From contig NC_092673.1 in assembly GCF_964355755.1 (NCBI RefSeq), forward strand, positions 34,469,648-34,533,647: a DNA stretch of 64,000 bases, in the 5' to 3' direction. This DNA is from Antedon mediterranea. Taxonomy: Eukaryota > Animalia > Echinodermata. The notes below the pieces were generated by a model. It ran no database searches and was not told the origin of the DNA. It worked only from the letters and a program-made list of their open reading frames with translations. The position numbers and the translations under genes were made by a program. Below, one piece after another: positions 53,501 through 64,000 of this stretch (positions are counted from its first letter, which is position 1; every line of letters begins with the position of its first letter).

Positions 53501-56500
53501 AGGAATTTTAACACAACAAAATGGGAGTGCCCCCTGTGAGGCTCGAACTCACGACCTTCAGATTATGAGACTGACGCGCTGCCGACTGCGCCAAGGAGGC
53601 TGCTGAGTATACACAGAAAAAAGGAAAGCATAACTTTCTTACAAAAGGAATTTTAACACAACAAAAATATCTGCCCCCTGTGAGGCTCGAACTCACGACC
53701 TTCAGATTATGAGACTGACCCGCTTCCGACTGCTCCAAGGAAGCTGCTGAGTATACACAGAAAAGGCAAGCATAACTTTTTTACAAAAGGAATTTGAACA
53801 CAACAAAATGGGAGTTCCCCCTGTGAGGCTCGAACTCACGACCTTCAGATTATGAGACTGACGCGCTGCCGACTGCGCCAAGGAGGCTGCTGAGTATACA
53901 TAGAAAAGGCAAGCATAACTTTTTTACAGAAGGAATTTTAACACAACAAAATGGGAGTGCCCCCTGTGAGGCTCGAACTCACGACCTTCAGATTATGAGA
54001 CTGACGCGCTGCCGACTGCGCCAAGGAGGCTGCTGAGTATACACAGAAAAAAGGAAAGCATAACTTTCTTACAAAAGGAATTTTAACACAACAAAAATAT
54101 CTGCCCCCTGTGAGGCTCGAACTCACGACCTTCAGATTATGAGACTGACCCGCTTCCGACTGCTCCAAGGAAGCTGCTGAGTATACACAGAAAAGGCAAG
54201 CATAACTTTTTTACAAAAGGAATTTTAACACAAAAATGGGAGTGCCCCCTGTGAGGCTCGAACTCACGACCTTCAGATTATGAGACTGACGCGCTGCCGA
54301 CTGCGCCAAGGAGGCTGCTGAGTGTACACAGAAAAGTCAAGCAGAACTTTTTTAAAAAAGGAATTTTAACACAACAAAAATATCTGCCCCTGTGAGGCTC
54401 CAACTCACGACCTTCAGATTATGAGACCGACGCGCTGCCGACTGCGCCAAGGAGGCTGCTGAGTGTACACAGAAAGGGCAAGCAGAACTTTTTTACAAAA
54501 GAAATTTTAACACAAAAAAAATATCTGCCCCCTGTGAGGCTCGAACTCACGACCTTCAGATTATGGGACTGACGCGATGCTGACTGCGTCAAGGAGGCTG
54601 CTGAGTATACACAGAAAAAAGGCAACCATAACTTTCTTACAAAAGGAATTTAAACGCAACAAAATGGGAGTGCCCCCTGTGATGCTCGAACTCACGTCCT
54701 TCAGATTATGAGACTGACGCGCTGCCGACTGCGCCAAGGAGGCTGCTGAGTGTACACAGAAAGGGCAAGCAGAACTTTTTTACAGAAGGAATTTGAACAC
54801 AACAAAATGGGAGTGCCCCCTGTGAGGCTCGAACTCACGACCTTCAGATTATGAGACTGACGCGCTGCCGACTGCGCCAAGGAGGCTGCTGAGTATACAG
54901 AAAAAAGGCAACCATAACTTTCTTACAAAAGGAATATAAACGCAACAAAATGGGAGTGCCCCCTGTGATGCTCGAACTCACGTCCTTCAGATTATGAGAC
55001 TGACGCGCTGCCGACTGCGCCAAGGAGGCTGCTGAGTGTACACAGAAAGGGCAAGCAGAACTTTTTTACAGAAGGAATTTGAACACAACAAAATGGGAGT
55101 GCCCCCTGTGAGGCTCGAACTCACGACCTTCAGATTATGAGACTGACGCGCTGCCGACTGCGCCAAGGAGGCTGCTGAGTATACACAGAAAAGGCAAGCA
55201 TAACTTTTTTACAGAAGAAATTTTAACACAACAAAATGGGAGTGCCCCTTGTGATGCTCAAACTCACGACCTTCAGATTATTAGACTGACGCACTGCCGA
55301 CTGCTCCAAGGAGGCTGCTGAGTAAACACAGAAAAGGCAAGCATAACTTTTTTACAAAAGGAATTTTAACACAACAAAATGGGAGTGCCCCCTGTGAGGC
55401 TCGAACTCACGACCTTCAGATTATGAGACTGACGCGCTGCCGACTGCGCCGAGGAGGCTGCTGAGTGTACACAGAAAAGTCAAGCAGAACTTTTTTACAA
55501 AAGGAATTTGAACACAACAAAAATATCTTCCCCCTGTGCGGCTCGAACTCACGACCTTCAGATTATGAGACTGACGCGCTACCGACTGCGCCAAGGAGGC
55601 TGCTGAGTGTACACAGAAAAGTCAAGCGGAACTTTTTTACAAAAGGAATTTTAACACAACAAAAATACCTGCCCCCTGTGAGGCTCGAACTCACGACCTT
55701 CAGATTATGAGACTGACGCGCTGCCGACTGCGCCAAGGAGGCTGCTGAGTACACACAGAAAGGGCAAGCAGAACTTTTTACAGAAGGAATTTAAACGCAA
55801 CAAAATGGGAGTGCCCCCTGTGAGGCTCAAACTAACAACCTTCAGATTATGAGACTGACGCGCTGCCGACTGCGACAAGGAGGCTGCTGAGTATACACAG
55901 AAAAGGCAAGCATAACTTTTTTACAGAAGGAATTTTAACACAACAAAATGGGAGTGCCCCCTGTGATGCTCAAACTCACGACCTTCAGATTATTAGACTG
56001 ACGCGCTGGTGACTGCTCCAAGGAAGTTGCTGAGTATTTTATACACAGAAAAGTCAAGCAGAACTTTTTTACAAAAGGAATTTGAACACAACAAAAATAT
56101 CTTCCCCCTGTGAGGCTCGAACTCACGACTTTCACATTATGAGACTGACGCGCTACCGACTGCTCCAAGGAGGCTGCTGAGTGTACACAGAAAAGTCAAG
56201 CACAACTTTTTTACAAAAGGAATTTTAACACAACAAAAATATCTGCCCCCTGTGAGGCTCCAACTCACGACCTTCAGATTATGAGACTGACTCGCTGCCG
56301 ACTGCGCCAAGGAGGCTGCTGAGTATACACAGAAAAAAGGAAAGCATAACTTTTTTACAGAAGGAATTTTAACACAACAAAATGGGAGTGCCCCCTGTGA
56401 GGCTCGAACTCACGACCTTCAGATTATGAGACTGACGCGCTGCCGACTGCGCCAAGTAGGCTGCTGAGTATACACAGAAAAAACGCAAGCAGAACTTTCT

Positions 56501-58641
56501 TACAAAAGGAATTTTAACATAACATAAATATCTGCCCCCTGTGAGGCTCGAACTCACGACCTTCAGATTATGAGACTGACGCGCTGCCGACTGCGCCAAG
56601 GAGGCTGCTGAGTATACACAGAAACAAGGAAAGCATAACTTTCTTACAGAAGGAATTTTAACACAACAGAATGGGAGTGCCCCTTTGATGCTCAAACTCA
56701 CGACCTTCAGATTATGAGACTGACGCGCTGCCGACTGCGCCAAGGAGGCTGCTGAGTATACACAAAAAGGGCAAGCAGAACTTTTTACAGAAGGAATTTG
56801 AACACAACAAAAATATCTGCCCCCTGTGAGGCTCGAACTCACGACCTTCAGATTATGAGACTGACGCGCTGCCGACTGCGCCAAGGAGGCTGCTGAGTAT
56901 ACACAGAAAAGGCAAGCATAACTTTTTTACAGAAGGAATTTTAACACAACAAAATGGGAGTTCCCCCTGTGAGGCTCGAACTCACGACCTTCAGATTATG
57001 AGACTGACGCGCTGCCGACTGCGCCAAGTAGGCTGCTGAGTATACACAGAAAAAAGGCAAGCAGAACTTTCTTACAAAAGGAATTTTAACATAACAAAAG
57101 TATCTGCCCCCTGTGAGGCTCGAACTAGCGACCTTCAGATTATGAGACTGACGCGCTGCCGACTGCGCCAAGGAGGCTGCTGAGTATACACAGAAACAAG
57201 GAAAGCATAACTTTCTTACAGAAGGAATTTTAACACAACAGAATGGGAGTGCCCCTTTGATGCTCAAACTCACGACCTTCAGATTATGAGACTGACGCGC
57301 TACCGACTGCGCCAGTGAGGCTGCTGAGTATACACAGAAAGGGCAAGCAGAACTTTTTACAGAAGAAATTTGAACACAACAAAAATATCTGCCCCCTGTG
57401 AAGCTCGAACTCACGACCTTCAGATTATGAGACTGACGCGCTGCCGACTGCGCCAAGGAGGCTGCTGAGTATACACAGACAAGGCAAGCATAATTTTTTT
57501 ACAGAAGGAATTTTAACACAACAAAATGGGAGTGCCCCTGTGAGGCTCGAACTCACGACCTTCAGATTATGAGACTGACGCGCTGCGACTGCGCCAAGGA
57601 GGCTTCTGAGTATACACAGAAAGGGCAAGCAGAACTTTTTACAGAAGGAATTTGAACACAACAAAAATATCTGCCCCCTGTGAGGCTCGAACTCACGACC
57701 TTCAGATTATGAGACTGACGCGCTGCCGACTGCGCCAAGGAGGCTGCTGAGTATACACAGAAAAGGCAAGCATAACTTTTTTACAGAAGGAATTTAAACA
57801 CAACAAAATGGGAGTGCCCCTGTGAGGCTCGAACTCACGACCTTCAGATTATGAGACTGACGCACTGCCGACTGCGCCAAGGAGGCTGCTGAGTATACAC
57901 AGAAAAGGCAAGCATAACTTTTTTACAGAAGGAATTTTAACACAACAAAATGGGATCAGTTCCACCTGTGAGGCTCGAACTCACGACCTTCAGATTATGA
58001 GACTGACGCCCGGCCGACTGCGCCAAGGAGGAGGCTTTTGAGTATACACAGACAAGTCAAGCAGAACTTTTTTACAAAAGTAATTTGAACAAAACATTAA
58101 CAACAAAATGGGAGTTCCACCCCCTGTGAGGCTCGAACTCACGACCTTCAGATTATGAGTCTGACGCGCTGCCAACTCCGTCAAGGAACACAGAAACGGC
58201 ATGGCATAACTTAAATTCCATTTTGTATGGTTTGGATTAATATAATATCATTTTTCTTTACCGATTTGGTACGTCGCCGGTTCATACAGTTTATTTGATA
58301 TTTTCGTCAAACATTTGTATCCAATGAAAAAACACATAATCTAATTCACTGTTTTATTTGATTTCCCTTTTGATTCTAATTATTTTATGCATTATTTTGT
58401 TAATCTTTATTTTAATTTGATTTTAATATTGCATATTTTTCAAGAGATAGAGTACCCTTGTAAAATATCAGTGAAGTAAAATAAATAAAATAAATTTGTT
58501 TGCAATGTATTCATTGTTTGTTTACGTTGTTGGTTTGCAACCCATTTTCAGTATTGAAATTATCTCTAATGTCAAAGGTCACAAATGTTGTGAGAATTTT
58601 TGCGACGTATACATGCAGCGGCTACCAATTATTTTACGAAT

Positions 58642-58713
58642 ATGACTGCAATAACTGATATTAAATCGCTAAATATGCGAAATGAGCGTGATTGGCAACT
58701 TTTATGTGGGGAG
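58642..58713 (+). CDS. CCDC149: CCDC149 coding exon 1
   Basis: MTAITDIKSLNMRNERDWQLLCGE resembles the recalled vertebrate N-terminus (RTESDWQGLVSE); donor GAG|GTTTGT, phase 0. Confidence 0.75.
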
Positions 58714-59449
58714 GTTTGTTTATAATTATAATCATAAAACTTTACGTAGCGTGGGTGTGGCCGTGACAATGTCTGGTGCTCGCTAGGCCTAGGCCCAAAT
58801 CAAACCTGTGACTGAGGCGCGCCTGTTTACGGGCTTACATGCCTGGCAAATGGGTTTCACGACGCAACTTGGGCTAGGCCTAGGCATTTTATGGTGGTTA
58901 GATTAATAATAGAATATTTAATCCAATGCACTGCAGTAAACTGTTGAAACTACTAATTCTTATTATTGAATTGTTTATATCCAGATTGTAAACGACCCTT
59001 CTTGCCATCAAAGTCAATCGTGGTACTACATCAGCTACATACAGCCTACACTACAGGGTAGGCCTATAATAGAATAGGCCTATATAGATCCTGACCTCAT
59101 TTATGTTCATTCATATTATAATTTTGTTTTGTAAAAAAGAAACTCCACCTAGGCCTATTACAATTTGTCCTTAGCAAGTACCATGTGTGCCAATCCTACG
59201 CCTTCCTTCAATGAATCACGACACTAGCCTCACATTGCACATCAAAATAAAAAAATTACCATGCAATAGAACCATTAAATAGAACTTTTACTGTTTAGTA
59301 AAACTCTATAAATATGATACAAACTCAAACTATTAACCAATCAGATCAAATAAGTGTGTCATGACATTTTAAAATTTGTCATTTGACTCAATATTTAATC
59401 ATAACTAAGATCTCTATTTAAGATGAATTTTTTTCTCCATATTTTTTAG

Positions 59450-59614
59450 TTTAATAACTGTAAACGAAAACTTCAGACGAAGAAGGATGCCTTGATTATA
59501 CTGGCAAAGGAGCTTGACAAAGTTAAGCAAGAACGGGATGCATACAAACTAATGGCCGAACAACTAAGAGACAAATCAAATGCACAACGCAAGAAATTTG
59601 AAGAAAAAGAAAGG
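59450..59614 (+). CDS. CCDC149: CCDC149 coding exon 2
   Basis: FNNCKRKLQTKKDALIILAKELDKVKQERDAYKLMAEQLRD matches recalled CKRKLESKKEALLILSKELD..QERDQYKLMANQLR; TTTTTTAG acceptor, GTACAT donor. Confidence 0.9.
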
Positions 59615-60174
59615 GTACATCAATTAAGTTATACCTATTGGGTGTATTCAACTGGGCTGTTTTGAGCAGATAATCTTCAGATCTAGCTTCTCAAACTCTT
59701 TGCAGTTTATACAGTAAATGTGAGCTGTGAGAGTAGATCACTTTGAGGTTTTTGCATCCGCAATGACTACGAATATGGTGGTCAGTCATCTGATAATTTG
59801 TTAAAAGTCTTTCAGAAATCATTAAAAAATATATCCTATATGGACATTGACCTATTTAAGTCCAAATTGAGAGTATCGTAAAAATGTATAAAAGTTTTTC
59901 AAACATAACATGTTATACCTATTAAATTTATAGTCTAGGTTCTAGACTGTGATTCAACTTAATAATATTAGTAAAGAGATAAAAAGATAACATTTTGGCA
60001 CATATGGCATTTCATAGGTATAATATTCAGACAAACATTTAAATGCTAATTAAATTGGTGGACTAACATTAAAATAGACTACAACTGCAAAGACAATGCT
60101 ACAGACTTGGGGAAAGTCTACTTATTTTAATACAGTATTTTTTTCTACTAAATCATTTCGTTATGATTTTGCAG

Positions 60175-60228
60175 GCACTTGGACTGTCACTGTGTGATAG
60201 CGACCATCTTTATGAACGCCGTAGTCAG
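60175..60228 (+). CDS. CCDC149: CCDC149 coding exon 3
   Basis: TTTTGCAG acceptor, 18 in-frame codons ALGLSLCDSDHLYERRSQ, CAG|GTTTGT donor. Confidence 0.7.
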
Positions 60229-61697
60229 GTTTGTACAGTATACAATGTTGAAACTAGTCTGGGTTCCAGACGGAGTTTTGTCTTAATATTAGTAAAAAGA
60301 TAAATATTTTGGCACATATGGCGTTTCTTACGTATACTACTTGATTTTGGATACTCCGTCTGGGGAAACACGCACAAGTCACGTGGTTTGACACCAAGAA
60401 TTCTTGGTGCATACGATTATCCGGTTGACTAGTTTCAGCTGCATGCGATTGGCTACTCACTCGTACACCGTTTTAATATTCATATTTCAGAATTTCAAAG
60501 ACTCAACAACTAAGATGATGCGCATGCGCTATGTTACGTTTAGACAACGTGTAGGCCTACTTGGGTACATTTATGAAAGTTTCTGAAGGCTAGACATTAT
60601 TTTATATGCCTAGTAGTCTGGTAAACATTTGATGGGATTTTTCCCAAGAACATGAAAACTCGTGATATGATAGGCTAGCTTCTCCGCAAATCAAACATTG
60701 AATGGATCATTTATTACGCGGAGATAATTTTGATTTAATTCCCACCCAGACCCTGTCTTGTTCTGTGTGGTGGTGTAGCCCTGTTGTTGTGTGCCGCCGG
60801 TGGTGGTATGTAGGCCTACTTTATTGGCGTTTTATTTGGCAGGTCATACGTGCGAATTGAGTAGGACCTACGAAAGAGGCCAGGCCAAGGACTAAACAAT
60901 TAATAAACAAAACAACTTGGCATTACGATTTTATATTTCAACAGTCTCGATCGTACATTCAGCACTGTACGTACTCGATCTTTTTCATTTTGAAACAAAA
61001 TGATCATTGGTTGATTCGAAATCCATATTTACATACCGCCCGCCCCATATAGCCAAATACGGTATGATAACCTACGTCATTCTTATCGGATGTTTGCGGT
61101 CTGCAAATCGATTTCTATACGTGTTTCACAAGTCTGTATTTTCAGACAAAAATCGCGGTCGAAATAAAAACAAATAAATTTAAAAAAAAGATAATACAGA
61201 CTTGGGGCAAGTCTATGTTGAAACAAAAGTTAATTAATTTATTCATTTATATATGGTGCTATTCTTTAAAAAAGAAGCACTGTACAATAATCATAAACAC
61301 AACAAACATTAATTAATTAATAGCCAACAAAATAGGCAAGATAACATTTACATTACTCTGGGAAATAAATTAATTAATTAGTTTAGAAAACTTTTACAGA
61401 CTGTTGTAGAAGTAGTTTCATGGATCGAAATAGGAATACTATTTTTTATTTATTTATTTATTTATTTATTTATTACCATATTTACTGAGGGTAGCCTATT
61501 CAGTTCCTAATAGAACTGATCATTCAGGGCCCTCATTTCATTGGTTATGTCCTATAGCACTCAAGCATTTTCTTCCAGATACGCATCGCATGAATAGAAT
61601 AGCAATCTTTGATTTATCTCCACGACTGATTTAATGTGTCTGAACACAATTCTTTAAATAAAGAAGCATAATTTCCACAGTTGTACATATGTAGCAA

Positions 61698-61808
61698 GAA
61701 AATGTGATGTGCCCATATATGGACATGATGTCATTATCACTGCCATATTATTTGGGCACATCACACTTTTTTTGTCAAACTATAGTTTGATAGTGTAGAC
61801 AGCTTTAA
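61698..61808. mobile_element. MITE family B partial copy (CCDC149 intron)
   Basis: AAAATGTGATGTGCCCATATATGGACATG...GTTTGATAGTGTAGACAGCTTTAA. Confidence 0.7.
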
Positions 61809-62567
61809 AATTGATTCTTGAATTGGAATTACAAAGCAGCTTTTAAGCATACTGTACACAGAGATTACCACATAGAATAGATCACTTGCGGACATAGACA
61901 GTGTTTTTGGAAATCAATTAGGGACCAGCTTGTGTTTGTTTGTCAAAGAAATGTCCATATTACTGTAAATGTACATTTCATATCAGTGCTTTACAGTTAA
62001 ATCCAAAAATTCACAAACAATTCTGTAGTTGGAGAAAAAATAAACTAATAAAAAGTGAGCCATAAAACCGAATGACTATATTTTATATATATATAATATT
62101 GATAGATATTGCAATAATAATGATATATAGTGGTTACAGTATGTTGGCGGTTACATTATTATTAGCAAACTACATATTGCTCAGTTAATCTAGTATGTTA
62201 AATGAGTAATGTGTTGAAATCACTAGGGATTGTATTCATTAACAATAACTCATGAATGATTACACATTTTAATAATTGCATTAATTTCAAGGTAACATAT
62301 TCATCATCGCCAGATTTTTTCGAAGAATCGTAGAAATTTATTGGTTCTGGTTATATTGAAATTGTTTTTCATTTTATTTATTATTTAGTAGCTAATTATT
62401 GAGTACTGATAAAACTAGCTGATATCCATGTATATACATGGGTTGTCCTACTTGACATCCTATCCTATCTCTTTAACATCATGCAAAATGAGCAAGCAAA
62501 TATGTTCAATCATATCCCATGAAATTGGTCTAAAAATGTTTTGGGGAAATTAGGAGGAATGTTAGTG

Positions 62568-63675
62568 GACAGTGCACGAGTATCAACTCTATTATACTGT
62601 AACAAGGTTCAGCAATATGTAGATGTTAGTGCACAGTGCATGAGTATCAACTCTATATTATACTGTAACAAGGTTCAGCAATATGTAGATGTTAGTGCAC
62701 AGTGCATGAGTATCAACTCTATTATACTGTAACAAGGTTCAGCAATATGTAGATGTTAGTGCACAGTGCACGAGTATCAACTCTATTATACTGTAACAAG
62801 GTTCAGCAATATGTAGATGTCAACTCTATTATACTGTAACAAGGTTCAGCAATATGTAGATGTTAGTGCACAGTGCATGAGTATCAACTCTATTATACTG
62901 TAACAAGGTTCAGCAATATGTAGATGTTAGTGCACAGTGCACGAGTATCAACTCTATTATACTGTAACAAGGTTCAGCAATATGTAGATGTCAACTCTAT
63001 TATACTGTAACAAGGTTCAGCAATATGTAGATGTTAGTGCACAGTGCATGAGTATCAACTCTATTATACTGTAACAAGGTTCAGCAATATGTAGATGTTA
63101 GTGCACAGTGCATGAGTATCAACTCTATAATACTGTAACAAGGTTCAGCAATATGTAGATGTCAGTGCACAGTGCATGAGTATCAACTCTATTATACTGT
63201 AACAAGGTTCAGCAATATGTAGATGTTAGTGCACAGTGCATGAGTATCAACTCTATTATACTGTAACAAGGTTCAGCAATATGTAGATGTTAGTGCACAG
63301 TGCATGAGTATCAACTCTATTATACTGTAACAAGGTTCAGCAATATGTAGATGTTAGTGCACAGTGCATGAGTATCAACTCTATTATACTGTAACAAGGT
63401 TCAGCAATATGTAGATGTTAGTGCACAGTGCATGAGTATCAACTCTATTATACTGTAACAAGGTTCAGCAATATGTAGATGTTAGTGCACAGTGCATGAG
63501 TATCAACTCTATTATACTGTAACAAGGTTCAGCAATATGTAGATGTTAGTGCATAGTGCATGAGTATCAACTCTATTATACTGTAACAAGGTTCAGCAAT
63601 ATGTAGATGTTAGTGCACAGTGCATGAGTATCAACTCTATTATACTGTAACAAGGTTCAGCAATATGTAGATGTT
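62568..63675. repeat. 64-bp minisatellite, ~17 copies (CCDC149 intron)
   Basis: Unit GTGCACAGTGCATGAGTATCAACTCTATTATACTGTAACAAGGTTCAGCAATATGTAGATGTTA; two shortened units. Confidence 0.95.
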
Positions 63676-63762
63676 GAGCTATAGATTGCCTCAAACTACT
63701 CCAAAAACAAGGTGATTAATACATTGTGAATAACTTTGATCGTGCCATTTATTATTTTTCAG

Positions 63763-63867
63763 AGCTTAGCACAAGTTTTATGTGAATCACGAGAACAAAA
63801 TAGAAAATCTGAAGCTGAGATAAAACAACTAAAACAGAGTTTATTGGAGGCTGAAGGGGATGTAAAG
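63763..63867 (+). CDS. CCDC149: CCDC149 coding exon 4 (gene continues beyond the window)
   Basis: SLAQVLCESREQNRKSEAEIKQLKQSLLEAEGDVK resembles recalled NLAQLLRDSQDRNK...GEVQGDNK; TTTTTCAG acceptor, AAG|GTAGAA donor. Confidence 0.85.
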
Positions 63868-64000
63868 GTAGAAAGCAATGTATACTTTAGTTTATAAAAT
63901 ATTAATAAAAACCTATAGCACTAGATAAATCACTGGCTAGTGAGTATTGGCCATCAAATTAAAATGAGTTAGGCCTATTTACCAGCACTTTCAATGCTGG

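Larger units (their letters stand above)
43812..58190 (-). tRNA. tRNA-Met: Tandem array of about 100 elongator tRNA-Met(CAU) genes and pseudogenes, ~143-bp unit
   Basis: Reverse strand GCCTCCTTGGCGCAGTCGGCAGCGCGTCAGTCTCATAATCTGAAGGTCGTGAGTTCGAGCCTCACAGGGGGCA folds as a 73-nt cloverleaf with CAT anticodon, closely resembling metazoan eMet; T4/T5 terminator a few nt downstream in most units; copy number = span/143. Confidence 0.96.

Noticed and set aside
43812-58190. CRISPR-like array or initiator tRNA cluster
   Set aside because: Spacers are near-identical rather than unique, there are no cas genes and the context is eukaryotic; G1-C72 and the TTCG T-loop indicate elongator tRNA-Met. Two C33 variants lack other initiator features
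43669-58202. Repeated ORFs (MAQSAARQSHNLKVVSSSLTGG..., up to 314 aa)
   Set aside because: Translations through tRNA-Met units, mostly from non-ATG starts; variation follows the repeat, not codon structure

Overview
AT-rich eukaryotic (animal, probably marine invertebrate) genomic DNA with spliceosomal GT-AG introns. The + strand carries a tandem pair of two-pore-domain K+ channel (K2P/KCNK) loci, each split by a phase-1 intron inside the first selectivity-filter Gly (T-[V/I]-G|YG). Locus 1 has two coding exons (11158-11644 + 13877-14634). Locus 2 has TWO distinct, intact N-terminal exons (33409-33901 and 37517-37985), each encoding N-terminus, M1, cap and pore helix 1, but only ONE downstream exon (40370-41220). 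This suggests a variable-first-exon/constant-exon ion channel. Downstream is a ~14.4-kb tandem array of about 100 elongator tRNA-Met(CAU) genes on the - strand, with a ~143-bp unit, higher-order duplications and seven copies carrying an AAU anticodon. The array sits head-to-head with the first four coding exons of CCDC149. The rest is intergenic or intronic DNA with many distinct minisatellites, several MITE families and a young 5'-truncated L1/Tx1-like LINE with poly(A) and a 10-bp TSD. All calls come from reading the sequence by eye; no searches were run.
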